From: a virus
Taxonomy: Duplodnaviria > Caudoviricetes
Reading direction: 5' to 3' (one strand)
Virus record (IMG/VR): IMGVR_UViG_3300032254_000001
Span: 192,001 to 256,000 of that record
Length of the DNA: 64,000 nt
Shown here: positions 55,301 through 63,812 of the stretch, one piece after another
Numbering within the stretch: position 1 is the stretch's first letter
Layout: each line of letters begins with the position of its first letter
Notes under the pieces: model-generated
The model's input: the letters and a program-made list of their open reading frames with translations, nothing else
Database searches by the model: none
What the model was told of the DNA's origin: nothing
Program-made: the position numbers and the translations under genes

Positions 55301-58227
55301 GTTGTAATTCTGTAAGTATCACCAACTACAAAGTTACCATCTGTTACAGTTGCATCATCAGCGCCAATATCAATTTGACCTAATGCACTATCTAGGATTC
55401 CTTGTGCTGTAATGTGTTCTGCACCAATGATGAATCTGTCGCCTGTTGATAATGGTGTTTCGATCAATGTGTAGTCACCATTGCCTGTGCTTGTAATTGT
55501 TAAGTTAACAATGTCGCCTGCAGATGTGCCAACTACTGTTGACCCTGTACCTAATGAGAATGTAATAGCTGCGGTTGCAATAAAGGAGCAATCTGAGCCT
55601 ACTGTTAAACCATAATCTGCTTCTGGTGTCGCTGGGTTTACACTAACAACGTCAGCTAAATCTGTGTCAGTAACTGGATCTTTCCATACTGTACTTGATG
55701 ATACTAAGTTGTCAACATATACTTTAGTTGCTGCATCTTGAGCTACTGTTGGATCAGCCATGTTAGTGACTTTATTAGCACCCATATCAAGTGTGCTTGC
55801 TGCATCAATTGTAACGTCTGCTAATGTAGTAATACCATCAACGTTCATTGTACCTGTTGTGCTTACATTACCAGTTGCGTCTGCTACCGTAAACACGCCA
55901 TCTACATCAATACCACCGTCTAAGCTAGCTAAACCAGTTGCATTAATTGCCGCTGCATTTGTAGCTCCAGTAATTGTTAAATCGTTACCAATTGTAACGT
56001 CATCTGGTAAACTAAATGTTATTTGGTCAGTAGCTGTAATAACAACATCAATTTCGTTTGCTGTGCTATTGAATGTAATTGTTTCACCACCTGATATAGG
56101 TTGTGAACCTACGCCATCATCAACGATAGTAAACGCTAGACCCGAAAGTCCTGCATCAACATATGCTTTAGATGTTGCATCTTGTGCTTGAGTTGGTTCT
56201 GCAATATTAGTAACACGGTTGCCGCCCATATCGACAGTACCAGCTAATTTAGCTGCACCAGTTGTACCCGTACCTGGACCAGTTGCTGTAAATATTACAC
56301 CTACTGTATTTGCACTTGCACCAATTAGTGTAAAGTCTGTATCACCAACTGTTGTAATTTCATATGTAACACCATTAACGAAGTTAGTTGTTGCAACAAT
56401 TGTTTCTGTTATAACAAGTTCCGAAATGTCTGCTTTTTCAAGTGTTGTATCACCAGTTACATCTAATGTACCGGTTGTGCTAATGTTACCACTAGTATCT
56501 GCTACTATAAATGCACCATCTACATCAATACCACCGTCTGCTGATAATACACCAGTAAGTGTAACTGCATCTGGTAAACCAATTGTTAATGTATCTACTG
56601 CTGTAAAGCCAACTTCAACTTCAAGTGCTGTACCCTGTATAACTAATGTATCACCACCTGATATAGTATCAGAAGATGTGCCATCGTTAAGTGTGAAACC
56701 AGTTGCTGCAACCGAATCAACGTATGCTTTAGTTGAAGCATCCTGTGGGTTAGATGGATCTGCAACATTTGTTAATGCATTTGCACCAGCGTCAAAAGTA
56801 GAAAGAGCGTCTAATGTTACATCGTTTAATGTTGAAAGACCGTCTACGTTTGCTGTACCAGTTGTACTAATATTACCAGTTGTGTTTGCTACTGTAAATG
56901 CACCGTCTACATCAATGCCACCGTCTAAACTAGCTAGGCCAGCTACGTCAAGTGTGCTTGCTGTTGCTACTGCACCAGTAGTACCGTTAACTGTAAAGTT
57001 TGAAGTATCAACTGCGATACCACCATCTGCATTTAAAATGCCAGTTAATGTTGTTGCACCAGTTACACCAAGTGTACCAGCTACCTGTACGTTTGTAGCA
57101 AGACCAACAACTAAAGTATCAACACCTGCGCCTGCTACTACTGTAGTTTCGCCTGCTGTACCAGTAACTGCTAATGTATCACCACCTGAAATAGTAGTTG
57201 AACCTGTATCACCTGTTAAAGTGAAACCGCTTCCTGCAATTGTATCAACATATGCTTTTGTAGCTGCATCTTGATCTAATGTTGGATCAGCAATATTTGT
57301 AATCTTGTTTGCGCCACCATCAATTGTGCTTAGTGCATCCCAAGTTGTATCTGCTACTGTTAAAAGACCGTTTAAGTCTGTTGTGCTGTTTGCTGTTATT
57401 GAACCGCCTGCTACAACATTACCAGTTAAGTCAGCTACTGTGAACACGCCATCTACATCAATACCACCATCTAGACTAGCTAGACCAGTTGCATTAATAA
57501 CACCAAGTGTTGATGTACCTGTTACGCCAAGTGTGCTTGTTGTGCTAACTGCACCAGTTGTACCATCTACAGTAAAGTTTGTACCGTCTACTGCAATGCC
57601 ACCGTTAAGATCTGAAAGACCATTAACTGTTAATGATGAAAGTGTTGTTGAGCCTGCGCCAAGTGTACCAGTTGTTAAAATGTTACCAGTTGTATCTGCT
57701 ACTGTAAATGCGCCATCTACATCAATACCACCGTCTAAACTTGAAAGACCAGTTACATTAAGTGCTGTAAGGTTAGTGTCGCCTACTGGAATATCTAATC
57801 CAGCTAGTGTAGTAGTACCAGTCGCTGTGAATGCAGCAACCTGCATGTCAGCACCTGCTGAAAATGTTACTACAGTATTTGATTCTGCTTCATTAACAAA
57901 GCCTGCTCTAAATTTTGATAAGCTTTCATCCCAAACGAAAGCAACGTTTGTGTCTGTGCCACGTTCACCAATGAAACCAATGTCAACCGCGCCGGCGCCT
58001 GTTTGCTGTGAAGCTAATACAAGGATCGGATCTTCTACGGTTGTGTTAGTTGAGTTGACGGTAGTCGTTGTACCGTTGACAGTCAAGTTACCTGTTACGG
58101 TAAGGTTTGACCCATATGTTAAATCATTTTCTAACAATCCAGACGTTACAGAAAGGCCAGAGACCTTTTCCGATGCAACGATTGTAGTGTCAGTAATCTG
58201 ATTATTTTTAATTCTTGTAATAGCCAT
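52363..58227 (-). CDS. Long repeat-rich tail fibre protein (1954 aa)
   Basis: TATAAATA (58257-58264) plus AGGAG; G/T/V/A/D-rich; recurring GLASLDGGIDVDG.FTVA and TN.ADP...QDAATK.YVD modules. Confidence 0.85.
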   Translation of the reverse strand: MAITRIKNNQITDTTIVASEKVSGLSVTSGLLENDLTYGSNLTVTGNLTVNGTTTTVNSTNTTVEDPILVLASQQTGAGAVDIGFIGERGTDTNVAFVWDESLSKFRAGFVNEAESNTVVTFSAGADMQVAAFTATGTTTLAGLDIPVGDTNLTALNVTGLSSLDGGIDVDGAFTVADTTGNILTTGTLGAGSTTLSSLTVNGLSDLNGGIAVDGTNFTVDGTTGAVSTTSTLGVTGTSTLGVINATGLASLDGGIDVDGVFTVADLTGNVVAGGSITANSTTDLNGLLTVADTTWDALSTIDGGANKITNIADPTLDQDAATKAYVDTIAGSGFTLTGDTGSTTISGGDTLAVTGTAGETTVVAGAGVDTLVVGLATNVQVAGTLGVTGATTLTGILNADGGIAVDTSNFTVNGTTGAVATASTLDVAGLASLDGGIDVDGAFTVANTTGNISTTGTANVDGLSTLNDVTLDALSTFDAGANALTNVADPSNPQDASTKAYVDSVAATGFTLNDGTSSDTISGGDTLVIQGTALEVEVGFTAVDTLTIGLPDAVTLTGVLSADGGIDVDGAFIVADTSGNISTTGTLDVTGDTTLEKADISELVITETIVATTNFVNGVTYEITTVGDTDFTLIGASANTVGVIFTATGPGTGTTGAAKLAGTVDMGGNRVTNIAEPTQAQDATSKAYVDAGLSGLAFTIVDDGVGSQPISGGETITFNSTANEIDVVITATDQITFSLPDDVTIGNDLTITGATNAAAINATGLASLDGGIDVDGVFTVADATGNVSTTGTMNVDGITTLADVTIDAASTLDMGANKVTNMADPTVAQDAATKVYVDNLVSSSTVWKDPVTDTDLADVVSVNPATPEADYGLTVGSDCSFIATAAITFSLGTGSTVVGTSAGDIVNLTITSTGNGDYTLIETPLSTGDRFIIGAEHITAQGILDSALGQIDIGADDATVTDGNFVVGDTYRITTVGTTDFIAIGASADTVGVSFVATGIGGAGSGAALDVTNNIKKGDLIEFTGTGNGTTAASWSFPEGRSGLAAGETEIVQGITVLCSDPDSVHYGHTYLYNADTDSWVEITGPGSIAAGTNLEYAGNTLNVSPQGAGSFLDADLLDGQEGTYYLDWTNTTNKPDPVITLGGDATGSITMTDLAGGTLTVTVVDDSHAHIIANVDGLQTALDGKLLNTGDTMDGAYTVDAAIGSISWATSPSLDAHLANKGYVDSLVEAGWTITDGVTPQVIAGSDTLTVNGTANEVNVAVTATDTLTIGLPDDVTIGGALTVTTGAALNGGITVDTNAFIVADGTGNTTIAGTLNTAGLATLDGGIAVDSSNFTVSGTTGAVSTASTLNADGAVTFGADVTLTGGVGDVFLIQDGTSGTTFSVDTTNGNTVVAGTMDSAGLASLNGGIAVDGTAFTVADVTGNVATDGTLTVTGLTDLNGGLQVGAVTLDALSVFDAGANKLTNLADPALAQDAATKAYVDATASTGFTLTDGTTPTTISGGDTLTLSGTASEVEVVTGVDTVTIGLPDNVQIAGTLGVTGIATMTALLNANGGIAVDGTNFTVDGTTGAMATLSTATVGGLANLNGGIAVDGTAFTVADTTGNVASTGTLTVAGLTTLNGGITADAGAFTVADTTGNVATTGTLGVTGLTTTTDINATGVVTVTGSAAIDNVTIDGNDISATAGTELTINDAGGDFNFRVEGNGNANALFVDAGSDSVNVGTAAILTDVEFQVGGNTSSILSTGTTLERPSVGIAGMMRYNTVFNQYEFFDGTVWATFGTEFTIIASETFAGDDLETAFTLASAQTTASCIVSINGVVQLPTTAYGVVGTTLTFTEAPATGDVIEVRELTTTTSVNGVSDGGVTIQANTTQFDITGHMIPSADVTYDLGSLTNRWKDLYLSGTTIDLGGVKIKNVAGTVTFLQSNGVDPAPVDLGTTLDPDVTLDGGSY

Positions 58228-58305
58228 GATATTTGAGCTCCTATTTAGCTTACACGTATTTATATTTTTAAGCCAGATTTCGACTGTACGTATATTATCT
58301 TGGTA

Positions 58306-59694
58306 TTATATAGCTAGGAACCTTACTGATACGATATCAGTAACTAATAGGATAGATGTGAATGTTAAGGTTGTGCTGCTCACCGAATATACCGCGCCTC
58401 CTTGCGGATCTTGAACAAGACCATTAACACTAACGAGAATAGAATCCGTTGTTGCAGCTTTATTTAGCACAAAATCAAAGGAACTTGCTGTACCAGTACC
58501 AGTACCGATGCCTGTTGCTGTAAAGACTGTGCCCGGGTTGCTATCTGCTGCGCCAATAGTAGTGAAATCAGTTGTTCCAGTTGTGGCGATTTGATATGTA
58601 AATCCAATTGTGAAGAAACCAGCTGTGAGTGCTGCTGGAGTAATTTGCTGTGATGTAATTGCAAATGTTGTTGCGATGGTTCCCCAGAACGAACCATCAA
58701 AGTATTCAGGCTGGCCAGTTGTTTCATTCCAACGTGTCATACCAGCTACTGGAGTAACTGGACGTTCGCCTGTTGTGCCTGAAGGTAACTGCATTGCTGA
58801 CGAACTTTGTAGGTCGATGAGACCAGCACCTACAGAAACAGTTAAGTCACCGTCTGCTGTTGTTGTTAAACTCATGCCAGCTGTATTAGCTGTAATACCT
58901 GCGGCGTCTAATGTTAAATCGTCAACATTTAAAATACCTGTTAAATCAAATGTACTTGTGCCTGCTGTGTAATCAAATCCAGCTGTGCCATCTATGTGGC
59001 CTGCTGCATCTGTGAACAGAACTTTATTAGTTCCTGTTCCATTAACAAATACGTTACCTGTTAAATCTATATCGGCTGCATCGATAACTATTGTTGCACC
59101 AGTCGTGCCAATTGTGTCACCGGTTACTGTAATAGCACCTATTGTAGCTGTTGCGCCTGCAATGTCACCAGTTGCATTTAATGCAGGTACACTTAATAAT
59201 GTGCTTGTATATGTTCCGACTACTGCGCCATCAATTGTGTAATTAAAGTATCCAGCAGCGATGCCGTCGTCAATAACTTGTAAAGTTGTGTTGTCTAATG
59301 TGATGCGATCGTTTGTTAACGATCCTACTGTCGATGTAAGAGTCTGTAAGTTAACAACATCTAAAACCCCAACTGGGTCTAAGCAACCAAGTATTCTTTT
59401 GCTGTTAACGCTAACGTGGCCGCCTGTTGAAGTAAGTATTAAATCGCCTGTCGCTGCACTTACTGTATTACCTGATAATGTAATGTTACCTACGTCAGCT
59501 GTGTTAGCATCTAAGTTTAATGATATAGAAGCATTACCAACAACGTCTAATTGAGACGAAGGGGTCGCAGTGTTTATGCCAACACGCAATCCAGTGACGT
59601 CCATGTACAGTAAATTAGAATTAACACTAAGGTCAATCCCATCACGTTCTAAATCACTTTCTAACATTTTACCGCTTACTAAGTTAATAGCCAT
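58306..59694 (-). CDS. Tail fibre-associated structural protein
   Basis: RVGINTATP, QLPSGTTGERP...GMTRWN, C-terminal ILVSVNGLVQ domain. Confidence 0.75.
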   Translation of the reverse strand: MAINLVSGKMLESDLERDGIDLSVNSNLLYMDVTGLRVGINTATPSSQLDVVGNASISLNLDANTADVGNITLSGNTVSAATGDLILTSTGGHVSVNSKRILGCLDPVGVLDVVNLQTLTSTVGSLTNDRITLDNTTLQVIDDGIAAGYFNYTIDGAVVGTYTSTLLSVPALNATGDIAGATATIGAITVTGDTIGTTGATIVIDAADIDLTGNVFVNGTGTNKVLFTDAAGHIDGTAGFDYTAGTSTFDLTGILNVDDLTLDAAGITANTAGMSLTTTADGDLTVSVGAGLIDLQSSSAMQLPSGTTGERPVTPVAGMTRWNETTGQPEYFDGSFWGTIATTFAITSQQITPAALTAGFFTIGFTYQIATTGTTDFTTIGAADSNPGTVFTATGIGTGTGTASSFDFVLNKAATTDSILVSVNGLVQDPQGGAVYSVSSTTLTFTSILLVTDIVSVRFLAI

Positions 59695-59707
59695 TACATT
59701 TTATACC

Positions 59708-60145
59708 TTATAAATTTGGAACATCAAATACATTACCGCTCTCAACATACGTATCAAACAATCCGTGAATAATGGTAATGTCTAATCCTGTTGGCGGAAT
59801 TGATGTGAATACAATATCAAACCCTGACGTGTCGTAGTTACTTGCAGCACCTGGTGTTTGATAGATACCGTCAATAAACACTATTATGCTAGCGCGGTGT
59901 GATTCACGCGACATAGTAAATGATGCATTAATTCCGTCTGTCACTATCTTGTCAATACCAGGTGTTGTGAGTCCAGTCTTAGCCAGATCAACAAATGCTG
60001 TTCCGTTAAAGTATTCAAGACTTTCTGTGTCTGTGTTGTATCGCAAGGATGCTGTAATTGGAGTTACAGGACGCTCTGAAGTTGGTCCAGATGGTAGTAC
60101 CATTCCTTCATTACCGTGTTTACTCTTTTTAACAAAGTATCCCAT
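59708..60145 (-). CDS. Small fibre/baseplate structural protein
   Basis: LPSGPTSERP...LRYN; IIVFIDGIYQ domain shared with the two downstream fibres. Confidence 0.7.
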   Translation of the reverse strand: MGYFVKKSKHGNEGMVLPSGPTSERPVTPITASLRYNTDTESLEYFNGTAFVDLAKTGLTTPGIDKIVTDGINASFTMSRESHRASIIVFIDGIYQTPGAASNYDTSGFDIVFTSIPPTGLDITIIHGLFDTYVESGNVFDVPNL

Positions 60146-60146
60146 G

Positions 60147-60461
60147 TTACACCGTCACATAACTTGTAATAACTGATACGACACTTGCTACCGACGAAAG
60201 TACTACAATCGAATCATTATTTTCCAGGACTAGTTTTTCACCACCTTGGTATAAAATATATGTGTCGCCTGCAATAATTTCAAGATCTGTTATTAACAGA
60301 TTGCCGGGGCCAGCTACGGCACCATCTGGTACAACGTGTATTTCACATGCTACCGCGGCGCCGCTAGTATTACACAGTGACATGAATGTTACCGCTGAAT
60401 CACCTGAACTTATATAAGTTGTTGCTGGTGCTGCGCCTACGCTTACTGTTGAAATTGCCAT
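60147..60461 (-). CDS. Small beta-sandwich structural protein
   Basis: 104 aa in the fibre operon. Confidence 0.65.
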   Translation of the reverse strand: MAISTVSVGAAPATTYISSGDSAVTFMSLCNTSGAAVACEIHVVPDGAVAGPGNLLITDLEIIAGDTYILYQGGEKLVLENNDSIVVLSSVASVVSVITSYVTV

Positions 60462-60477
60462 TAATTAATAACCCTAT

Positions 60478-61137
60478 TTAAAATATTAAGCCATACAAGA
60501 TAGCTTTCTTTCTTGAAACTAATTCATCAGCATCTGTCGAGTTTGCAAAATACATACCCGATCCGCCTTTCCCAACAGTCTTAGCATAAAGTTTATTATA
60601 CCCTGCTGTTGGTGTTTCATCTGTTACTTGTTCTTTAAAAGACAAGTCCTGATCAAGTTTAACTAGACCAGTTGTGCCTGCTACTATTACAATGTCGCCG
60701 CCTGCGGCACTTGTAATTGAAAATCCGTTTACATCTAAATCGCCACCTAACTGCGGAGTTAAATCGCTAACTAAATTAAAGCTAGCTGCAATCGATGCAT
60801 TTAGTGGATACCAGTCACCAGGACTAGCAACATCAACATCGTTTGCTTCCCAGTAATCTAGTGTCTCGTTGTACCGTATACCTACATTTGCTGAACCGCC
60901 ACGATCTATTTCAATGCCTGATTCACCTTCAGATATGCCTGCGCCTAACTCTCCCGAGTTTAATACAATTTGGTTATCTACTATAGTTGTGTTAGTTGAT
61001 TGTATTAATGACGAAGCGCCTGTTACTATTAAGTCACCAGTAATTGTGATGCCACCTGCTTCGTGCAAAACAATTTTGTCGCCTGAATCTATTGATTCAA
61101 TTGTATAATCGCCTTTAACTCGTTTATTTAAACTCAT
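60478..61137 (-). CDS. Virion structural protein
   Basis: ATAAATA plus AAGGAG; SGIEIDRG, DLTPQLGGDLDVNG motifs typical of phage fibre-region proteins. Confidence 0.7.
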   Translation of the reverse strand: MSLNKRVKGDYTIESIDSGDKIVLHEAGGITITGDLIVTGASSLIQSTNTTIVDNQIVLNSGELGAGISEGESGIEIDRGGSANVGIRYNETLDYWEANDVDVASPGDWYPLNASIAASFNLVSDLTPQLGGDLDVNGFSITSAAGGDIVIVAGTTGLVKLDQDLSFKEQVTDETPTAGYNKLYAKTVGKGGSGMYFANSTDADELVSRKKAILYGLIF

Positions 61138-61150
61138 TCAATGGTACTCC

Positions 61151-61729
61151 TTATACGTTATTTATGTGAATTAAGAATTCGTCAACAGATATAATTTCAA
61201 CATTTTCAAGTTCATTTAACGGTTCTGAGTACATTATCGCAGTTTCCGGGCCTGTAACTACCGTGAACTGTACATTTGGATTATGAATCATTACCGTTCT
61301 AATTTGATTATACCAATTTCCACCGTACGTAGGAGGATCATCTTTTGTCTTATAAAGTTCGTGGCCAGCATACACATTATTAAATTTATCGTTTGCACTT
61401 CCAAAATCAAACCCAAATAGGTAAAGATGGGTGTGTCCGTGCATAACTGCTAGCTGGACTGCATTAGGTCCGCTGCTCCAATTTGAATATGGTGCTTTTA
61501 GCTTCTTAGCACCTTTGTCTGCATATGGGCTTCTAGTATAAAACTCTCGGTGGTGTGCGTATCCTAAATCTTGGATCAGATGTGCCTGCTCATCGTCGGT
61601 TGCTACTAGAACATCCGGTGTTACTTCTTTGTAAATGTTATTGCACCCGTACAGCACACCTTTGCTGTTAACGAGTTTTAAACAAATACGGCGTCTACTG
61701 ATACCGTTTCCCGCTATATACACAGCCAT
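61151..61729 (-). CDS. DUF115/Maf-like putative sugar transferase-fold protein
   Basis: YIAGNGISR, LYGCN.IY, PDVLVATD, WSSGPNA..LA...G, YLFGFD. Confidence 0.65.
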   Translation of the reverse strand: MAVYIAGNGISRRRICLKLVNSKGVLYGCNNIYKEVTPDVLVATDDEQAHLIQDLGYAHHREFYTRSPYADKGAKKLKAPYSNWSSGPNAVQLAVMHGHTHLYLFGFDFGSANDKFNNVYAGHELYKTKDDPPTYGGNWYNQIRTVMIHNPNVQFTVVTGPETAIMYSEPLNELENVEIISVDEFLIHINNV

Positions 61730-61730
61730 T

Positions 61731-61767
61731 AAAAAACCTCTTGTATGTAATTAGCACACAAGAGGTT
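61731..61767 (-). terminator. Terminator-like hairpin that sequesters the downstream SD
   Basis: AACCTCTTGT-13nt-ACAAGAGGTT-TTTT-A-ATG on minus. Confidence 0.7.
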
Positions 61768-61793
61768 AGTTAATAATTTAATTATAAATTAAA

Positions 61794-62354
61794 TTAGAAT
61801 GTATCACCTTCAGCGTCAGCTGTAGCGATAGCAGTTCCTGTTCCAGTACCAGCTGTTTCAGCAGTGAATGTGTCACCAGCTAAATCACCAGTTGCTGTAG
61901 CTGGATGCTCAGTAGTGAATGATGTTGTACCAGGTACAACAATTTCGTATTCGACACCAACTACAAAACTACCAGATGTAATAATGTTAGTTGAGTCACC
62001 AGCTTCTGGCATTTCAACACGGTCGTCGGATGTTGAATCATCAAATGACCAACCAATGCTTTCGCCTGTATCTACCGTCACTTTATGTGCCGCAACCTTA
62101 ATAACTTGCTTAACGTTTGCTGCATCGTCTTTAACTGAAATTGACATTTCGTTAGCTGCTAACGAGCCTGGTGCTACGTCAACTAACCAGCAAATTGCTT
62201 CGTTTGTACCATCTGAGCAGCGGAACTTTTTAGAGCCAAGCTGCTTAACAATCCAACCTGCTACTTCCGAAGTACCATTATGAAATCTTACTTTTATTTC
62301 GTTTCCACCAGCTGTTGGCTCACCGAAATATCTTTTATTTATAGGTCTACCCAT
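61794..62354 (-). CDS. Putative highly expressed virion protein with C-terminal Gly/Thr module
   Basis: ATAAATA at 62440-62446, ~85-nt leader, AAGGAG SD. Confidence 0.65.
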   Translation of the reverse strand: MGRPINKRYFGEPTAGGNEIKVRFHNGTSEVAGWIVKQLGSKKFRCSDGTNEAICWLVDVAPGSLAANEMSISVKDDAANVKQVIKVAAHKVTVDTGESIGWSFDDSTSDDRVEMPEAGDSTNIITSGSFVVGVEYEIVVPGTTSFTTEHPATATGDLAGDTFTAETAGTGTGTAIATADAEGDTF

Positions 62355-62461
62355 TTGAATTCTCTCCTTTGTTTTTAAGAATTGCCGTTCTAAGGCTACG
62401 CGGTTGGTTCCGCATAAACTAGTTAACTAGCTGTAGTCTTATTTATGGAAAACAAAGGATT

Positions 62462-63286
62462 TTAGTCGATACCGTCAGCTTTATTTTGAGCTAAGATTTC
62501 ACGCTTGCGCATCATACGCTCAATTCTTGATTTTGACAGGTTGAAGAAATACTCTGCTACACGCTCATGCCAGTGATGGTCTGGGTGCATTCCATCACGT
62601 GCAAATGAATCTATCACAAATGGATTGTTATCGTGCATCTGAAAATTAGTCAGAGTTTCTATAACAGGATTAGAAAAGAATGTAGCAGCATGATTATTAT
62701 ACAAGCTCTCTACAAAGCTATAATTCTTGTTAAAGTTAAATGTTAAATAACTCTCATCTATCATAACCTTAGGAAAATGTTCGTTGTCAATAGCCGCTTG
62801 TATTACCTTATTATCGCCGTAAGGGGTTGGTAGTTCAAGTCTTGTAATTGGAGGCCAGTACACATACACTAAGTCAGGTTCCATATCCCTGTCTACTTTA
62901 TACAGTGTACGAGCAACATAATCTGTGCTTGCTCCGCTAGTTGCCAGGTTCCAGTTAGATGCAGTCTTACCTGTGAACTCTTGTATTTTAGCTTGTAGTC
63001 TAGCAGGCCATGTTTCTTCTTGCTTAACCCCAACACCAACTGTCATGCTGCATCCACATGCTACTATCCTAATGTCAGGCTCATCATAAAAACTATCGCC
63101 ACGATAACCATGTTCGTTGAATGTGTATGTAATGTCGCGCTCAAACTGTGCATGTTCTGGCTTATCTGTATCTAACCAATCCACTGTCATGTTAGGAGGA
63201 TACATTCCACTCATAGGAATCTCTTTTGCCCAGCCAGTTAATGCACTTGTGTTATGCAGGAATTGTCGTTGCTTCCATTTGCTCAT
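62462..63286 (-). CDS. SGNH-like hydrolase paralogue
   Basis: VACGCSMTVG, NLATSGAS, DGMHP. Confidence 0.65.
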   Translation of the reverse strand: MSKWKQRQFLHNTSALTGWAKEIPMSGMYPPNMTVDWLDTDKPEHAQFERDITYTFNEHGYRGDSFYDEPDIRIVACGCSMTVGVGVKQEETWPARLQAKIQEFTGKTASNWNLATSGASTDYVARTLYKVDRDMEPDLVYVYWPPITRLELPTPYGDNKVIQAAIDNEHFPKVMIDESYLTFNFNKNYSFVESLYNNHAATFFSNPVIETLTNFQMHDNNPFVIDSFARDGMHPDHHWHERVAEYFFNLSKSRIERMMRKREILAQNKADGID

Positions 63287-63600
63287 ACACTAAAGCTCGT
63301 TCCACAACCGCATTGTGTTTTAGCTGCTGGATTTGATACAACAAATCGCTCGCCTTGTACATCTTTAGTGTAATCAAGTGTTGCCGTCTCAAGGTACTGA
63401 TAGCTCATTGGATCAATTAATACTACCGCACCTGTGTCATTAATAATGATATCGCCTTCGTCAATCTGTTCTGCGAATGCAAACACATAATTAAATCCAC
63501 TACAGCCACCGCCCGATATGCCAATTCGCATTGCCATTGCATTGTCTGTTTCATTAAGTAAATCAAATACTTTTTGTTCTGCTGCTTTTGTTAAATTCAT
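63283..63600 (-). CDS. iscA: A-type Fe-S cluster carrier (HesB/IscA/ErpA family)
   Basis: GGGCSGFNY and C-terminal CGCGTSF; NP.A motif; 105 aa. Confidence 0.92.
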   Translation of the reverse strand: MNLTKAAEQKVFDLLNETDNAMAMRIGISGGGCSGFNYVFAFAEQIDEGDIIINDTGAVVLIDPMSYQYLETATLDYTKDVQGERFVVSNPAAKTQCGCGTSFSV

Positions 63601-63609
63601 AATATTTCT

Positions 63610-63810
63610 CTAGTTGTCACATGCGTTGTACGCTTTAATTAACGAGTCAAGTATTTCCTTATCGATCTCGTCTGCTATTCCCTTGGCCATTTGCTTGACT
63701 AAGATATCTCGAAAACTCATCGACATATCAAACTCGTCTTCGACCGGCGGTATGCCGTTCTTTAAACGGTCCCAAACTTCTGCTTTTTCTTTTGAAAGTT
63801 TCTTAGCCAT
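63610..63810 (-). CDS. Hypothetical protein
   Basis: 66 aa, EVWDRLKNG motif. Confidence 0.55.
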   Translation of the reverse strand: MAKKLSKEKAEVWDRLKNGIPPVEDEFDMSMSFRDILVKQMAKGIADEIDKEILDSLIKAYNACDN

Positions 63811-63812
63811 AC

